Assembly: GCA_964469405.1 (NCBI GenBank) | Contig: CAYXYP010000003.1 | Coordinates: 2,573-66,572 of the forward strand | Reading direction: 5' to 3' | Source of the DNA: an uncultured Candidatus Saccharibacteria bacterium | GTDB taxonomy: Bacteria > Patescibacteriota > Minisyncoccia > Phycocordibacterales > Phycocordibacteraceae | DNA length: 64,000 nt | Shown here: piece after piece, positions 9,713-19,986 of the stretch | How positions within the stretch are numbered: position 1 is the stretch's first letter | Layout of the letters: each line of letters starts with the position of its first letter | Notes under the pieces: generated by a model | Database searches by the model: none | The model's input: the letters and a program-made list of their open reading frames with translations, nothing else | Told to the model about the DNA's origin: nothing | Program-made: the position numbers and the translations under genes

Positions 9713-10372
9713 ATGAAAGATACCAAAAGCAACTATTGCGAACATTGCGGTGAGTTCCATGACTTGGTGCAAGACTATATTTCGCAGATAAAAGTAGGTA
9801 CGACGGTGCCGGATTTTGAATTTGAGGTCTTTCATGAGGGCGCTATCAAGACGATGAGTCTCTCAAAACTGAGGGGGAAGTGGACCGTGTTGGTGTTCTA
9901 TCCGGCGGACTTTACCTTCGTCTGCCCGACAGAGCTCGAGGAGCTTGCAAAGTTGTATCCGAAGTTCTTAGAACTCAATGCTGAAATTATTTCGGTATCG
10001 ACCGACACGGTGCATACTCACAAAGCGTGGCACGATGTGTCTCCCGGCATAAAGGAGATTGCGTATCCGATGGCGGCGGATCCTTCCGGCAAGATCTCCT
10101 CCGCATTCGGGGTCCTTATCGAAGGCGGCGAAGCAGCACTTACTACAGACGAAGGTCTCGCGCTTCGCGGTACGTTTATCATCGATCCTTCCGGGACACT
10201 GCGTTCGATGGAGGTGAACGATAATTCTATTGGTCGCAAAGGTTCGGAGACATTAAGGAAGCTCCAGGCTGCACAGTATGTCGAGACTCATAAGGGTCAA
10301 GTCTGTCCTGCTTCTTGGGAACCGGGTGACGATACTCTTGAGCCGGGGCTAGACCTAGTGGGGAAGTTGTAG
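9713..10372 (+). CDS. Peroxiredoxin (AhpC/TSA family, 2-Cys type) with an N-terminal CxxC extension
   Basis: FYPADFTFVCPTEL peroxidatic-Cys motif, and a C-terminal VCPASWEPG resolving-Cys motif. Confidence 0.85.
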   Translation: MKDTKSNYCEHCGEFHDLVQDYISQIKVGTTVPDFEFEVFHEGAIKTMSLSKLRGKWTVLVFYPADFTFVCPTELEELAKLYPKFLELNAEIISVSTDTVHTHKAWHDVSPGIKEIAYPMAADPSGKISSAFGVLIEGGEAALTTDEGLALRGTFIIDPSGTLRSMEVNDNSIGRKGSETLRKLQAAQYVETHKGQVCPASWEPGDDTLEPGLDLVGKL

Positions 10373-10410
10373 ATTCCACCTAGAACGTTAGTTCTGCATC
10401 ATTAAGAAAA

Positions 10411-10440
10411 GGCCCTCGCATGGATATCCATGCGAGGGCC
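10411..10440. terminator. Bidirectional terminator hairpin between convergent genes
   Basis: GGCCCTCGCATGG-ATATCC-ATGCGAGGGCC, a perfect 12-bp stem flanked by A/T runs. Confidence 0.7.
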
Positions 10441-10454
10441 TTTGGCGCTAATGC

Positions 10455-10715
10455 TCAGAAATATTCAAAGCTATATCCTGTTAGCATATGCGCTTTTTTA
10501 ATTCGAAGTCCAAACATTTCTCCAAGTAGTCGCGCGAGATCTGCAAATTCGTTGTTAGATTTGATGAATTCAACTATCTTTTTATCATCGCTGTTCTCCC
10601 AGCGTATGATTACCCCATTTTCATCAAACAGCCACAAACACTGATTCTTTGGATTAAAACAGATGGAATATCCCGAACGAAGGGGAGTACTTTTTCTGGC
10701 GAGTACTTCTGGCAT
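10455..10715 (-). CDS. Hypothetical small protein
   Basis: 86-aa ORF in the gap between the peroxiredoxin gene and tRNA-Leu. A terminator lies downstream. No recognisable domain. Confidence 0.4.
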   Translation of the reverse strand: MPEVLARKSTPLRSGYSICFNPKNQCLWLFDENGVIIRWENSDDKKIVEFIKSNNEFADLARLLGEMFGLRIKKAHMLTGYSFEYF

Positions 10716-10805
10716 GTAAGGACCTCCTTTTATTGTAGGTAGTTTAATTACTTCATCCGCGTTCTAGTATATCATCGATTATATTTATGTCAAATTTCTT
10801 TTCTG

Positions 10806-10817
10806 GTGCCGGGGGAG
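10806..10817. repeat. 12-nt direct repeat of the tRNA-Leu 3' end
   Basis: GTGCCGGGGGAG occurs at 10806-10817 and at 10968-10979 (the tRNA-Leu 3' acceptor strand, reverse strand), about 150 bp apart. Confidence 0.6.
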
Positions 10818-10968
10818 GCTCGGTCACGTTTTACTAATTCGCTTCGCTCATACGTATACGCGACCCCGGTTCGGCGTCGCTCCGCGACATGCCTGTACCT
10901 TTCGAGTCTCTCATGCATGACGCGCAGGCGTCATGCTCCCCCGACACATATTCGCTCTGCTCAATCTG

Positions 10969-11050
10969 TGCCGGGGGAGAGACTCGAACTCTCATGTCTT
11001 GCGACGACGGGTTTTGAATCCGTTGCGTCTACCAATTCCGCCACCCCGGC
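10969..11050 (-). tRNA. tRNA-Leu (anticodon CAA)
   Basis: The reverse complement is GCCGGGGTGGCGGAATTGGTAGACGCAACGGATTCAAAACCCGTCGTCGCAAGACATGAGAGTTCGAGTCTCTCCCCCGGCA. It has a long variable arm and is close to E. coli tRNA-Leu(CAA). Confidence 0.9.
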
Positions 11051-11107
11051 GATAGAGTGCACAGTACCATTTCGCAATCATATTTTCATCATGTTAGAAT
11101 TGCACAA

Positions 11108-12115
11108 ATGAATGATGATGCGCGCTATATTCCCACCAAGTACGATTCGGTTTTCTGGATTGATGTCGATCGCATTATACCGAATCCGTACCAGCCACGG
11201 AGAGAGTTTACCGAGACAGGACTCATTTCGCTTGCGGAGAGTATTCGCCAGTATGGCGTGTTGCAGCCGCTAGTCGTTAGTAGAACCGATGTCGAGAAAC
11301 CTGAAGGTGGTCTCGAGAGCATATATGAGCTCATTGCAGGTGAACGGCGTTTGCGGGCGAGTAAACTCGCGGGTTTGAAGCAGATACCCGTGGTCATTCG
11401 TCATGGCGAAAGCAATCTTACGAAACTTGAGCTTGCAATCATCGAGAATCTCCAACGAGAAGATTTAAATGCTATTGATCGCGCCAAAGCACTTCAGAAG
11501 CTCATTGAAGAATTTGGTATCTCGCACGCCGAGACCGCAGCGAAGATTGGCAAGAGTCGCGAATACGTCTCGAATAGTCTTCGTCTTCTTACGCTGCCCG
11601 AGCACATGCAAAACGCTATTGTGGAGAAAGAAATCAGTGAGGGTCATGCGCGGCCGCTCCTGGCGCTCAATAGTCGTCCCGAAGAACGCGAGACTCTTTT
11701 TAAGGAAATTATTTTAAAACGCCTCCCGGTCCGCGCCGCCGAGCGCATCGCCCGATCTATTGCGCAAGAACGAGTGCGCACCCATCACCGAAAGTCGATT
11801 GAAATGGTCGAGCTGGAGAAATCTTTGACCGAGACGCTCGGCACGCGCGTCATTATTGAAACCAACGCCGAAGGAGGCCGTCTGCTTATCGATTTCTTTT
11901 CCCCAGAAGATCTTTCCGTTCTTGCTGCCTCTCTTGCGGTCCGTTCCGCACAACAAGAGTCAAATATATCCTCTCCAGAGATTTTGGCTGAGGCGAACAC
12001 ATCGATGATCGAATTTCCGAATACCACACAACTTCCAAATGACCCAATTGCACTTGCGGCACCTGAAGAGCCTTCGGAAGATGAACTCTACTCAGTAAGC
12101 AATTTTTCGGTTTAA
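11108..12115 (+). CDS. parB: ParB/Spo0J-like partition protein
   Basis: IPNPYQPRREF and LIAGERRLRASKLAGL (ParB box), followed by an HTH region. The C-terminal extension is low-complexity. Confidence 0.85.
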   Translation: MNDDARYIPTKYDSVFWIDVDRIIPNPYQPRREFTETGLISLAESIRQYGVLQPLVVSRTDVEKPEGGLESIYELIAGERRLRASKLAGLKQIPVVIRHGESNLTKLELAIIENLQREDLNAIDRAKALQKLIEEFGISHAETAAKIGKSREYVSNSLRLLTLPEHMQNAIVEKEISEGHARPLLALNSRPEERETLFKEIILKRLPVRAAERIARSIAQERVRTHHRKSIEMVELEKSLTETLGTRVIIETNAEGGRLLIDFFSPEDLSVLAASLAVRSAQQESNISSPEILAEANTSMIEFPNTTQLPNDPIALAAPEEPSEDELYSVSNFSV

Positions 12116-12128
12116 AATCCCTTGCTCC

Positions 12129-13739
12129 CTATTTCGTTTTTCGCACGCGCCGCTTCTTTTCCTCGGGCGGTTTAGCGGGCTCATTCATACCGAGGGCTGC
12201 GCGGATATGTCGTCGAGCGAGTGATGTTCGCGCTATGTCGAGCCATTTGACCGAGGGGTGTGCAGAGTCGCGTCTCAGTATTTCGACGACCTCGCCGTTG
12301 CCAAGTATCGTTTCAAAAGGGACAAGTTTACCATTTACTTTTGCACCTTGAAGATGGTCCCCAAGATCGCTATGTATCGCATAGGCGAAATCAATCGGCG
12401 TTGACGCCGCGGGCAGGTCAATGACATCTCCATTTGGAGTAAATACGAACACACGGTGTGAGAAAAAATCTTCTTTAAGCCCGTCTACGAATTCTTTAGA
12501 ACCGGCGACTTCTGTATGCGCCTCAGCGAGCTCGGTGAGCCACACCGGTGCCTTCGTGACACCTTTTATTCCTCCAGCCCCTTCCTCCTTTTTTGTGACT
12601 TTCATAAGCGAGGGGATGAGTGAGCGGATCCATGTAAAAGACAGAGATGAAAATCTACTCTTCTGAACCTGTTTGTCGAGTTGCTCAATCTCTTTGCCTA
12701 ATTGTTTATACGTCATGTGTGATGCAATACCGAATTGAGCGCTTCGGTGCATTTCTTCGGTGCGAATTTGGATTTCGACGATGCCCGCATTTGGCGTCAC
12801 GACCGTCGTATGAAGCGATTGATAGCCGTTAGGCTTGGGGAAGGCGATATAGTCTTTAAATTCGCCTGGTAGTGGCTTATAGAGCGCGTGTACGATACCG
12901 AGTGTCGTATAGCATTCCTCAATAGTTGGAACGACTATACGGAGAGCAGCGATGTCATGGATGAGGTTGATATCATCATGCTTCCTATTTAGTTTTTGGT
13001 GCAGACTCCAGAGTCCTTTCATACGGATATCGGTGCGAAGTGTTGTGAAATTCTTTTTTGCAAGTTCACTCTCAATTTCCTTCTGCACCTTAGCCAGGCC
13101 GTCCTCCGTCTCTTGTGTCTTTAATTTTCGCACCTCGGCAGTGTGATTTGCGGCGTCAGGGTCGACGTAGGGGAATGCAAGATCCTCAAGATCTCGTTTC
13201 ATCTTACCCATACCAAGTCGGTCAGCGATAGGGGCATAAATTTCAAGCGTTTCAAGTGCAATTCGGCAGCGTTTGTGTTCTGGCACATGCTCCAAGGTTT
13301 GCATGTTGTGGAAGCGATCAGCGAGCTTCACGATAAGTACGCGAATGTCGCTCGCGGTTGCCACCAAGAGTCGACGAAGACTTTCCGCATGGCGCTCAGC
13401 ACCGTGGTATTTATGGGTCCCGAGTTTGGTTACGCCATCGACAATGAAAAGCAACTCATTTCCGAACTCTTTTTCAATTTCTTCGCGCGAAGCACGTGCG
13501 TCTTCGACAGCATCATGAAGGAGGCCAGCGGCAATGGTGGTTGCGTCCATGTTGTATTCGGCAAGAATTTTTGCCGTGGCTGCGGCATGTACGAAATAGG
13601 GCTCACCCGAATAGCGGATCTGACCCTCGTGCGCTTTTTTGGAGAACTCATATGCCTTCGTCACGAAGGCGATATCCTCGGGCGAGGCATCCGACATTTC
13701 GCCAATGATCTCTTTGACGGGCGTCATTGAGGACATCAT
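12129..13739 (-). CDS. Short (p)ppGpp synthetase/hydrolase of the RelA/SpoT family, with HD, synthetase and TGS domains and no ACT domain
   Basis: HD motif GLLHDAVED, a RelA_SpoT synthetase region, and a TGS domain (VFVFTPNGDVIDLPAASTPIDFAYAIHSDLG). 536 aa. Confidence 0.85.
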   Translation of the reverse strand: MMSSMTPVKEIIGEMSDASPEDIAFVTKAYEFSKKAHEGQIRYSGEPYFVHAAATAKILAEYNMDATTIAAGLLHDAVEDARASREEIEKEFGNELLFIVDGVTKLGTHKYHGAERHAESLRRLLVATASDIRVLIVKLADRFHNMQTLEHVPEHKRCRIALETLEIYAPIADRLGMGKMKRDLEDLAFPYVDPDAANHTAEVRKLKTQETEDGLAKVQKEIESELAKKNFTTLRTDIRMKGLWSLHQKLNRKHDDINLIHDIAALRIVVPTIEECYTTLGIVHALYKPLPGEFKDYIAFPKPNGYQSLHTTVVTPNAGIVEIQIRTEEMHRSAQFGIASHMTYKQLGKEIEQLDKQVQKSRFSSLSFTWIRSLIPSLMKVTKKEEGAGGIKGVTKAPVWLTELAEAHTEVAGSKEFVDGLKEDFFSHRVFVFTPNGDVIDLPAASTPIDFAYAIHSDLGDHLQGAKVNGKLVPFETILGNGEVVEILRRDSAHPSVKWLDIARTSLARRHIRAALGMNEPAKPPEEKKRRVRKTK

Positions 13740-13767
13740 ACACCGCCGTCGTTTTTCCCACTAAACT

Positions 13768-16173
13768 TTATTTCAGATACTCAGCTGCTTCTTCTGGTGT
13801 AAATGAATTTGGTTTCGTAGCTTCGGGTAGGTAGATACGACGGAGACCTTTCTTGAGGAAGAGTCCCTGTTTCGATTTGTACAGCACAAGATTTTTCCCC
13901 GTGCGTGGGTGTTTACCAATTTCTTTTGCGATTTCGACGCCTCTCGGCAGTTTTTTGGGTTCGGCTAAAAGGGCAAGAGCTTTGTCGAGTGTGAGAGTAT
14001 AGGGATCGCCCACAATGACCTTGAGAGAGCGGAACTCACCATCACTGCCTACATAAGGCCCAAAGCGTCCGGTTGAGGCGAATACAGCCTTGCCGGTTGA
14101 AGGGTGCATCCCAAGCTCGCGTGGCAGCGAAAGATACTTGATCGCATCAGCAAGCGTTACTTGCGCGAGATCGGTACCGGCCGGAATACTTGCGCGCTTG
14201 GCGGCTTTCTTCACGCGGCCTTTGCCGCGTTTCTTTTTCCCTTTTACTTTTGCCTCCTCAGCTTCTTTTTCTTTAGCGTTTTCATCTGGTGGAAGCTCCA
14301 TTTCCACATAGGGTCCGAAACGTCCGGTCTTAATAAAAATGGGCATGCTAGTTTTTGGATCGAGTCCGATAGGCGTGTCACTCTTGAGCTCAGTGCCTTC
14401 TTCTGTACGTGCCCCGAGGCAATCAGGATATTTTTTGCAGCTCATGAAAATACCACCGCGGCCAAGCTTGAATTCCATAGGACTCCCGCAAAGAGGACAA
14501 GGGAATTCGGCCGGAGCATCTCCAAGTGATGTTGCTTTCGGAAGTTTGTCTTTCGCTCGTACGGCCTTTTCGAACGGGCCGTAAAATTCCTTAAGCGTCT
14601 CGGTATAGCCGCGTTCACCGCGCGCTATTTCATCGAGCTCGTCTTCCATCTCTGCAGTAAAGGTGTCGCTCACATATTCAGGAAAATTTTCTTCAAGCCA
14701 TCCGGAGACGACCATACCAGTCGCGGTTGGCTTCAGGGCGCGACCGAGCTTCTCGACATAGCCGCGATCCTGAATGGTTTTCATGATGGATGCATAGGTT
14801 GAAGGACGGCCGATACCGCGTTTTTCGAGCTCTTTAATAAGGCCCGCCTCAGTGTAGCGATTCGGTGGTTCAGTCTGTTTTTCTTCGCTTGCAAGCGAGA
14901 GGAGAGTGAGCACATCATCAGCTGCAAGTTTTGGCAGTTCAACGTCTTCACCCCTCGCTGATGTATCGAGTGCGAGCCATCCCGGGAAAAGCATGCGCGA
15001 ACCGTTCGCTGTAAAAAGAGGAATAACGGCGTCCGCTTTTGCGGCGACGTTTGTGCGCATGATGCGTGCCGCAGACATCTGCGAGGCGAGTGCACGTGTC
15101 CGGATGAGTTCGTACAATTCCACCTCGTCCGGTGTGGCACCCGCGCGAGTGTGCGAGGGGTCGGTAGGACGGACAGCCTCGTGAGCTTCTTGCGCGTTCT
15201 TACTCGTTGTTTTGTATGCGCGTACCTCAAGATATTCTTTGCCGAAATCTTTTTCGATAATGCTGGCCATCTTTGCGACTGCTTCTGCCCCGAGGTTTAC
15301 TGAGTCGGTACGCATGTAGGTAATGTGTCCTGCCTCGTAGAGCTTCTGCGCTGCACGCATGGTTCTCGATGGTGCAAAGCCGAGGCGTGTCGATGCGGTT
15401 TGTTGCAACGTTGACGTTGTGAACGGTGGTCGAGGATTACGCTCTTCGGCTTTTTCCGTAACGCTTGCGACGCTCCACGAAGCACCCCTGCCGGCCTGTA
15501 CAATGCGCTCCGCCGCCTCTTTTGTTGCGGGTTCTTCTACGCACACGGTAGCGATATCGCCTGCTTTCGATTTAAAAAGTGCTGAGAGTACGAAATACGT
15601 TATTGGTATGAAAGATTTAATTTCGCGCTCTCGTTCTGCAAGGATGCGGAGTGCTGGTGATTGAACACGTCCGGCTGAGAGTCCATAACGAACCTTCTTC
15701 CAAATAAGTCCGGAGAGATCGTAACCAACGATGCGGTCGAGGACCCGTCGCGCCTCCTGCGCTTGGCGCAGATTCTCATCAATTCGTCGCGGATGCGCGA
15801 TTGCTTCTTCGATTGCAGCTTTAGTGATCTCGTGGAAAACGACGCGCTTTGGCTTCTTCAGTCCCGCAACTTCTTTGATGTGCCACGCGATCGCCTCACC
15901 TTCACGGTCGGGGTCGGTTGCGAGGTAGATCTCGTCGGCTTTTATTGCGGCATGTTGGATTTTCTCAATTATTTCTCGCTTCTCAGCAGGAATGACATAT
16001 CTCGGGATGAATCCGCCTTCGATATCGACAGCGTCCTTATTGGACTTAGGCAAGTCACGCACATGTCCAACAGAGGCAAGGACGGTATAGTCCTTACCTA
16101 GATAATTTCCAATAGTTCTCGCTTTTGTAGGCGATTCAACAATAAGTAATCGTTTGGTCACATGTTCACTCAT
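13768..16173 (-). CDS. topA: DNA topoisomerase I
   Basis: TOPRIM N-terminus, topoisomerase IA core, C-terminal zinc-ribbon repeats (CPLCGSP...C) and a lysine-rich tail. 801 aa. Confidence 0.9.
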   Translation of the reverse strand: MSEHVTKRLLIVESPTKARTIGNYLGKDYTVLASVGHVRDLPKSNKDAVDIEGGFIPRYVIPAEKREIIEKIQHAAIKADEIYLATDPDREGEAIAWHIKEVAGLKKPKRVVFHEITKAAIEEAIAHPRRIDENLRQAQEARRVLDRIVGYDLSGLIWKKVRYGLSAGRVQSPALRILAEREREIKSFIPITYFVLSALFKSKAGDIATVCVEEPATKEAAERIVQAGRGASWSVASVTEKAEERNPRPPFTTSTLQQTASTRLGFAPSRTMRAAQKLYEAGHITYMRTDSVNLGAEAVAKMASIIEKDFGKEYLEVRAYKTTSKNAQEAHEAVRPTDPSHTRAGATPDEVELYELIRTRALASQMSAARIMRTNVAAKADAVIPLFTANGSRMLFPGWLALDTSARGEDVELPKLAADDVLTLLSLASEEKQTEPPNRYTEAGLIKELEKRGIGRPSTYASIMKTIQDRGYVEKLGRALKPTATGMVVSGWLEENFPEYVSDTFTAEMEDELDEIARGERGYTETLKEFYGPFEKAVRAKDKLPKATSLGDAPAEFPCPLCGSPMEFKLGRGGIFMSCKKYPDCLGARTEEGTELKSDTPIGLDPKTSMPIFIKTGRFGPYVEMELPPDENAKEKEAEEAKVKGKKKRGKGRVKKAAKRASIPAGTDLAQVTLADAIKYLSLPRELGMHPSTGKAVFASTGRFGPYVGSDGEFRSLKVIVGDPYTLTLDKALALLAEPKKLPRGVEIAKEIGKHPRTGKNLVLYKSKQGLFLKKGLRRIYLPEATKPNSFTPEEAAEYLK

Positions 16174-16194
16174 AGCGCGTATACCTATATACGG

Positions 16195-16968
16195 TCAAGC
16201 GACTTCCACTCGTATCAGGCGATGATCGGAGCCAATTCGATCGGTCAGAACCTCCGCGTTTTTGATTGAAAACGAATGAGAAACGAGAATATGGTCGAGC
16301 TGCGAACGGGAAAGTGGGTGGGTGTTTTTACCGTGTAGTGGATTGGTAAGCCCGTGAGTAGCAAAATATTTTTCAATGCGATTTCGCTCACGTGTCCAGA
16401 GAAGGGCGTCACTCATGTGTCCGCTGAGCAACCAATTCAAAATCGAAATTTTCGGAGATTCAAGAATATTAAAATCACCGCAGACTATAATAGGTCGAGA
16501 AGTGTCGTGCTTAGTCATCGCTGCCTCAAATTCTTTGAGACGCCACGCAGGTCGCGCAAGGATAAGATGCAGATTGAATACTTGCATCGACACGCCATGT
16601 ACGGCTATATCGACACATAGGCTTCTACGATCGCGCACGCGCGCGAATAATTCAAACGGCATGAATTGCATGAAGAGTCGTGTTCGCAATGGTAGAAGTG
16701 ACAAATAATCCGGATGGGGGATTTCCCCATCACTAGTTATTATATGTTTCGAAAGGATAACAATATAGTTATGCAAGAGTCCTTTTTTATAGAGAAGTTC
16801 TCGCTCCGTGCGAAATGCGATAAAACAAGAGAGTGTCTGTAATCGTTTAAGAAATTCTTCGGGCACTTCCTGCAAGCAGAAGATATCGAAATCAGTCTCT
16901 GAGATGAATTGAAACGCGCGATCGAGTTCACGATTTCGAAAAAGCATATTCCAAGAATAAATTTTCAT
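16195..16968 (-). CDS. Endonuclease/exonuclease/phosphatase (EEP) family protein
   Basis: FDIFCLQEV near the N-terminus and SDHRLIRVEV at the C-terminus match the EEP fold. Confidence 0.65.
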   Translation of the reverse strand: MKIYSWNMLFRNRELDRAFQFISETDFDIFCLQEVPEEFLKRLQTLSCFIAFRTERELLYKKGLLHNYIVILSKHIITSDGEIPHPDYLSLLPLRTRLFMQFMPFELFARVRDRRSLCVDIAVHGVSMQVFNLHLILARPAWRLKEFEAAMTKHDTSRPIIVCGDFNILESPKISILNWLLSGHMSDALLWTRERNRIEKYFATHGLTNPLHGKNTHPLSRSQLDHILVSHSFSIKNAEVLTDRIGSDHRLIRVEVA

Positions 16969-16977
16969 ATGTTCGTA

Positions 16978-17841
16978 TTATATCCGGTGCCATGAGCCGA
17001 ATTCTTCTTTGATAAGGCCGCGAAGCTCAAGGGCAACAAGTGCAGTAAGAAATTCGCCCGCCGTGGAAGCTGTGCTTCCACGGCGGAGAATCTCATCACG
17101 CGTCTTTGGCTCTTCAAGCATACCCCAAATTTCAAGTTCAGCATCTTGAAGCTCGGTCGGTATACCGCCACGCACAACGGTCTCGTGTGGCGGTATTTTG
17201 AGAGCTTCAAGAATATGAAGTGATTCGGTGACGAGTGTCGCACCGAGGCGAATAAAAAGGTGTGGGCCGAAAGCATGAGCATCCCCGATGCGGTGGGGAA
17301 TACAGAGCAGTTCACGATTATAGTCCGCCGCGAGTCGTGCAGTGATGAGCGTTCCGGATTTCTGTCCTGCTTCGACGATAAGTACCGCATCGCTCATGCC
17401 GACCATCAATCGATTACGCGATGGGAACTCTTTTAGCCACGGTTTGTGCATAGGTTCCTGTTCTGATATCAGCGCCCCTCCGGCGTTGAGTATTTCTTTT
17501 GCCAGCCCGAAGTTCGATCGCGGGCTGATAACAGAATCATCGAGTCCCGAGCCGGGTATGGCGATAGTATGGAGTCCAGCAACAAGAGCTGCTTTATGTG
17601 CGCAAGCATCAACACCAAGCGCGAGACCGCTCACGATAGAGACAGGATAATCTGCGAGACCATGAATGAGTTTCTCACAGGCTTCTTGTCCATAACGTGA
17701 CATCGCCCTTGAACCCACGACGGCGAGGATTTTCGTCCCGGCTATAGGCAATGAGCCTCGAATCCACAGTCGCGGAGGCAACTGCGGTATCTCCAGCAAT
17801 TGTTTTGGCCACTCTGTGCGCTCCAGTTCTCGAATACCCAT
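16978..17841 (-). CDS. dprA: DNA processing protein DprA (SMF)
   Basis: LAVVGSRAMSRYGQEA...SGLALGVDACAHKAAL is the DprA Rossmann-like core. Confidence 0.85.
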   Translation of the reverse strand: MGIRELERTEWPKQLLEIPQLPPRLWIRGSLPIAGTKILAVVGSRAMSRYGQEACEKLIHGLADYPVSIVSGLALGVDACAHKAALVAGLHTIAIPGSGLDDSVISPRSNFGLAKEILNAGGALISEQEPMHKPWLKEFPSRNRLMVGMSDAVLIVEAGQKSGTLITARLAADYNRELLCIPHRIGDAHAFGPHLFIRLGATLVTESLHILEALKIPPHETVVRGGIPTELQDAELEIWGMLEEPKTRDEILRRGSTASTAGEFLTALVALELRGLIKEEFGSWHRI

Positions 17842-17864
17842 CGGTGCAGTATACTAAAGAGAAT

Positions 17865-19133
17865 ATGCTTGATATCCATTTTATCCGGGAGAACGCGGAC
17901 ATTATCAAAGCGGGTGCCGCAAAAAAGCATATCGATACAGACATCGACCGTCTGCTCGCTGTGGATGATGACCGCAAACTTCTTCGGCAGGAGCTTGACG
18001 CAAAGCGCTCGGAACAAAATCGGCGAAGTAATGAGATCCAGCGCGCGAGCGGTTTTGAACGCGAGAAAATAATTGAAGCGATGCAACAGCTCAAGAACGG
18101 CATGGTCGAGAGCGAAGAGCGACTGAAGACCGTGATGGAGGAATGGCAGAAGCTCATGCTTACGGTGCCGAATATTCCGGATATGTCGGTACCGGACGGT
18201 GTCAGCGACGCCGAAAATATAGAAGTAAAGAAGTGGGGAGAGCCGGCGACGTTCTCTTTTACACCGAAGGGCCATGTCGAGCTCATGACGTCACTCGGTA
18301 TCGCTGATTTCGAGCGCGGGGCGAAGGTCGCTGGTTTCCGCGGCTACTTCATTAAAGGCGATGGGGTGCTTCTTATGAATGCCGTGTGGCAGTTGGCGCT
18401 TAAACATTTCTCCGCAAAAGGGCTTTTGCCGCTCAGTGTGCCATCCCTGGTGCGTCGCGAAGCATTCCTCGGTACTGGTTATCTGCCGCAGGGAGAAGAA
18501 GACTTATACAAAACTCAAGATGGCGAATATCTTGCCGGTACCGCAGAAGTTGCAAGTATGGGTTACTACATGAACGAGACAGTCGATCTTTCTACGCAGC
18601 CGATGCAGTTCCTCGCATTCTCCCCTTGTTTCCGTCGGGAAGCGGGTGCGCACGGAAAGGACGTGAATGGTCTTATTCGCGTGCATGAGTTTTTCAAATG
18701 GGAACAGGTTGTTCTGTGTCGGGCGGAACATGATGAGTCGGCTCGCCTCCACGAATGGCTCAATCGCAATACTGAGGAATTCATCGAACTATTGAACATT
18801 CCTTATCATACGGTCGTCAACTGCGGTGGTGATCTTGGACTTGGACAAGTAAAGAAATACGACATAGAGCTCTGGGTACCAGGAGAGAATACGTATCGAG
18901 AAATAAGTTCAGCGTCCTATTTCCATGATTTTCAAACGCGGCGTCTCAATATTCGTTATCGTGATGCTGAGGGGGTTATGCATTTCCCACATTCGTTGAA
19001 TTCGACTGCAATTCCAACACCGCGTATTTTGGTTTCCATCGTAGAGAATTATCAGCAAGCAGACGGCACCATTAACGTGCCTGAAGCTCTCGTGCCGTAT
19101 GTCGGGAAGAGTATCATCGGTATCGCGCAATAG
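17865..19133 (+). CDS. serS: Seryl-tRNA synthetase
   Basis: N-terminal coiled coil (MLDIHFIRENADII...), a class II core with FRREAGAHGKD (motif 2 region) and the SerRS C-terminus. Confidence 0.9.
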   Translation: MLDIHFIRENADIIKAGAAKKHIDTDIDRLLAVDDDRKLLRQELDAKRSEQNRRSNEIQRASGFEREKIIEAMQQLKNGMVESEERLKTVMEEWQKLMLTVPNIPDMSVPDGVSDAENIEVKKWGEPATFSFTPKGHVELMTSLGIADFERGAKVAGFRGYFIKGDGVLLMNAVWQLALKHFSAKGLLPLSVPSLVRREAFLGTGYLPQGEEDLYKTQDGEYLAGTAEVASMGYYMNETVDLSTQPMQFLAFSPCFRREAGAHGKDVNGLIRVHEFFKWEQVVLCRAEHDESARLHEWLNRNTEEFIELLNIPYHTVVNCGGDLGLGQVKKYDIELWVPGENTYREISSASYFHDFQTRRLNIRYRDAEGVMHFPHSLNSTAIPTPRILVSIVENYQQADGTINVPEALVPYVGKSIIGIAQ

Positions 19134-19962
19134 TCCGCCAACCCGGTCGGTTGGAGGACTTGCAGCGCGTCGCCATCTGCGTCGCCAGCGCATATTGCTC
19201 GCAGTGGCCATACTCGTCTTTCTATTTTTCTGCGCAGCCATATATGGACTCTGGCAGCCAGACGTTCGTATATCTGTTGTAGAAGTGCAGGGCACGGATG
19301 TCCCACTTGCAACGATTGCGAAAGAATCGATGCGGGGGAGTTATTTCGGCATCATTCCGCGCGACTCGATTTTCTTTTTTTCTGCCACGCGTATCCGCGC
19401 GGACATCAGTACGGCATATCCAGACATCGTCGCCGTTTCTATTTTCAGAAACGGATTTTCCAGCATTTCAATCACAGCGAATAATCGTGTTCCTATCGCC
19501 CGTTGGTGTGGTGCTCCGCCAGACATAGTAGAGGTAAGTTCTTTAGTGTCGTCTGCTTCAGACTGCTATTTCTTTGATGCTAATGGTTTTATCTATACGG
19601 CGACAAGCACGATACAGCCGCTCAATGCATTCACGGTATACGAATCTCTTGCTGCGTCTGAGGGAGAGCGCATTGGCTCGATACTTCCTCATGCTGAGAA
19701 ATTTCCTGCTGCTTTTGACTTTGCACGTCAACTAACGACACTCGGTTCACCGATTTCCTTGATCATTCTTCGCAATGACGAAGTCGATTATTATTTCGAG
19801 AGCGGCGTACGCGTCACGTATCTTCTTGGCGATGAACAGAACGCCTTTACGGCACTTATTTCCGCAAAGGCTCAAATAAACCTCTCTGACCCGACCCTAA
19901 AATACATCGACGTACGTTTCCCCGGGAAAATTTACCTTAAACGCATAGAGTCACCACAATAG
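19099..19962 (+). CDS. FtsQ/DivIB-like cell division protein (single TM plus a POTRA-like region)
   Basis: Short cytoplasmic N-terminus, a TM helix LLAVAILVFLFFCAAIYGLW, then VRISVVEVQGTD... which resembles a POTRA start. Confidence 0.4.
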   Translation: MSGRVSSVSRNSPPTRSVGGLAARRHLRRQRILLAVAILVFLFFCAAIYGLWQPDVRISVVEVQGTDVPLATIAKESMRGSYFGIIPRDSIFFFSATRIRADISTAYPDIVAVSIFRNGFSSISITANNRVPIARWCGAPPDIVEVSSLVSSASDCYFFDANGFIYTATSTIQPLNAFTVYESLAASEGERIGSILPHAEKFPAAFDFARQLTTLGSPISLIILRNDEVDYYFESGVRVTYLLGDEQNAFTALISAKAQINLSDPTLKYIDVRFPGKIYLKRIESPQ

Positions 19963-19986
19963 TCAAAGTGGTGTTAGTGTAGCGAA

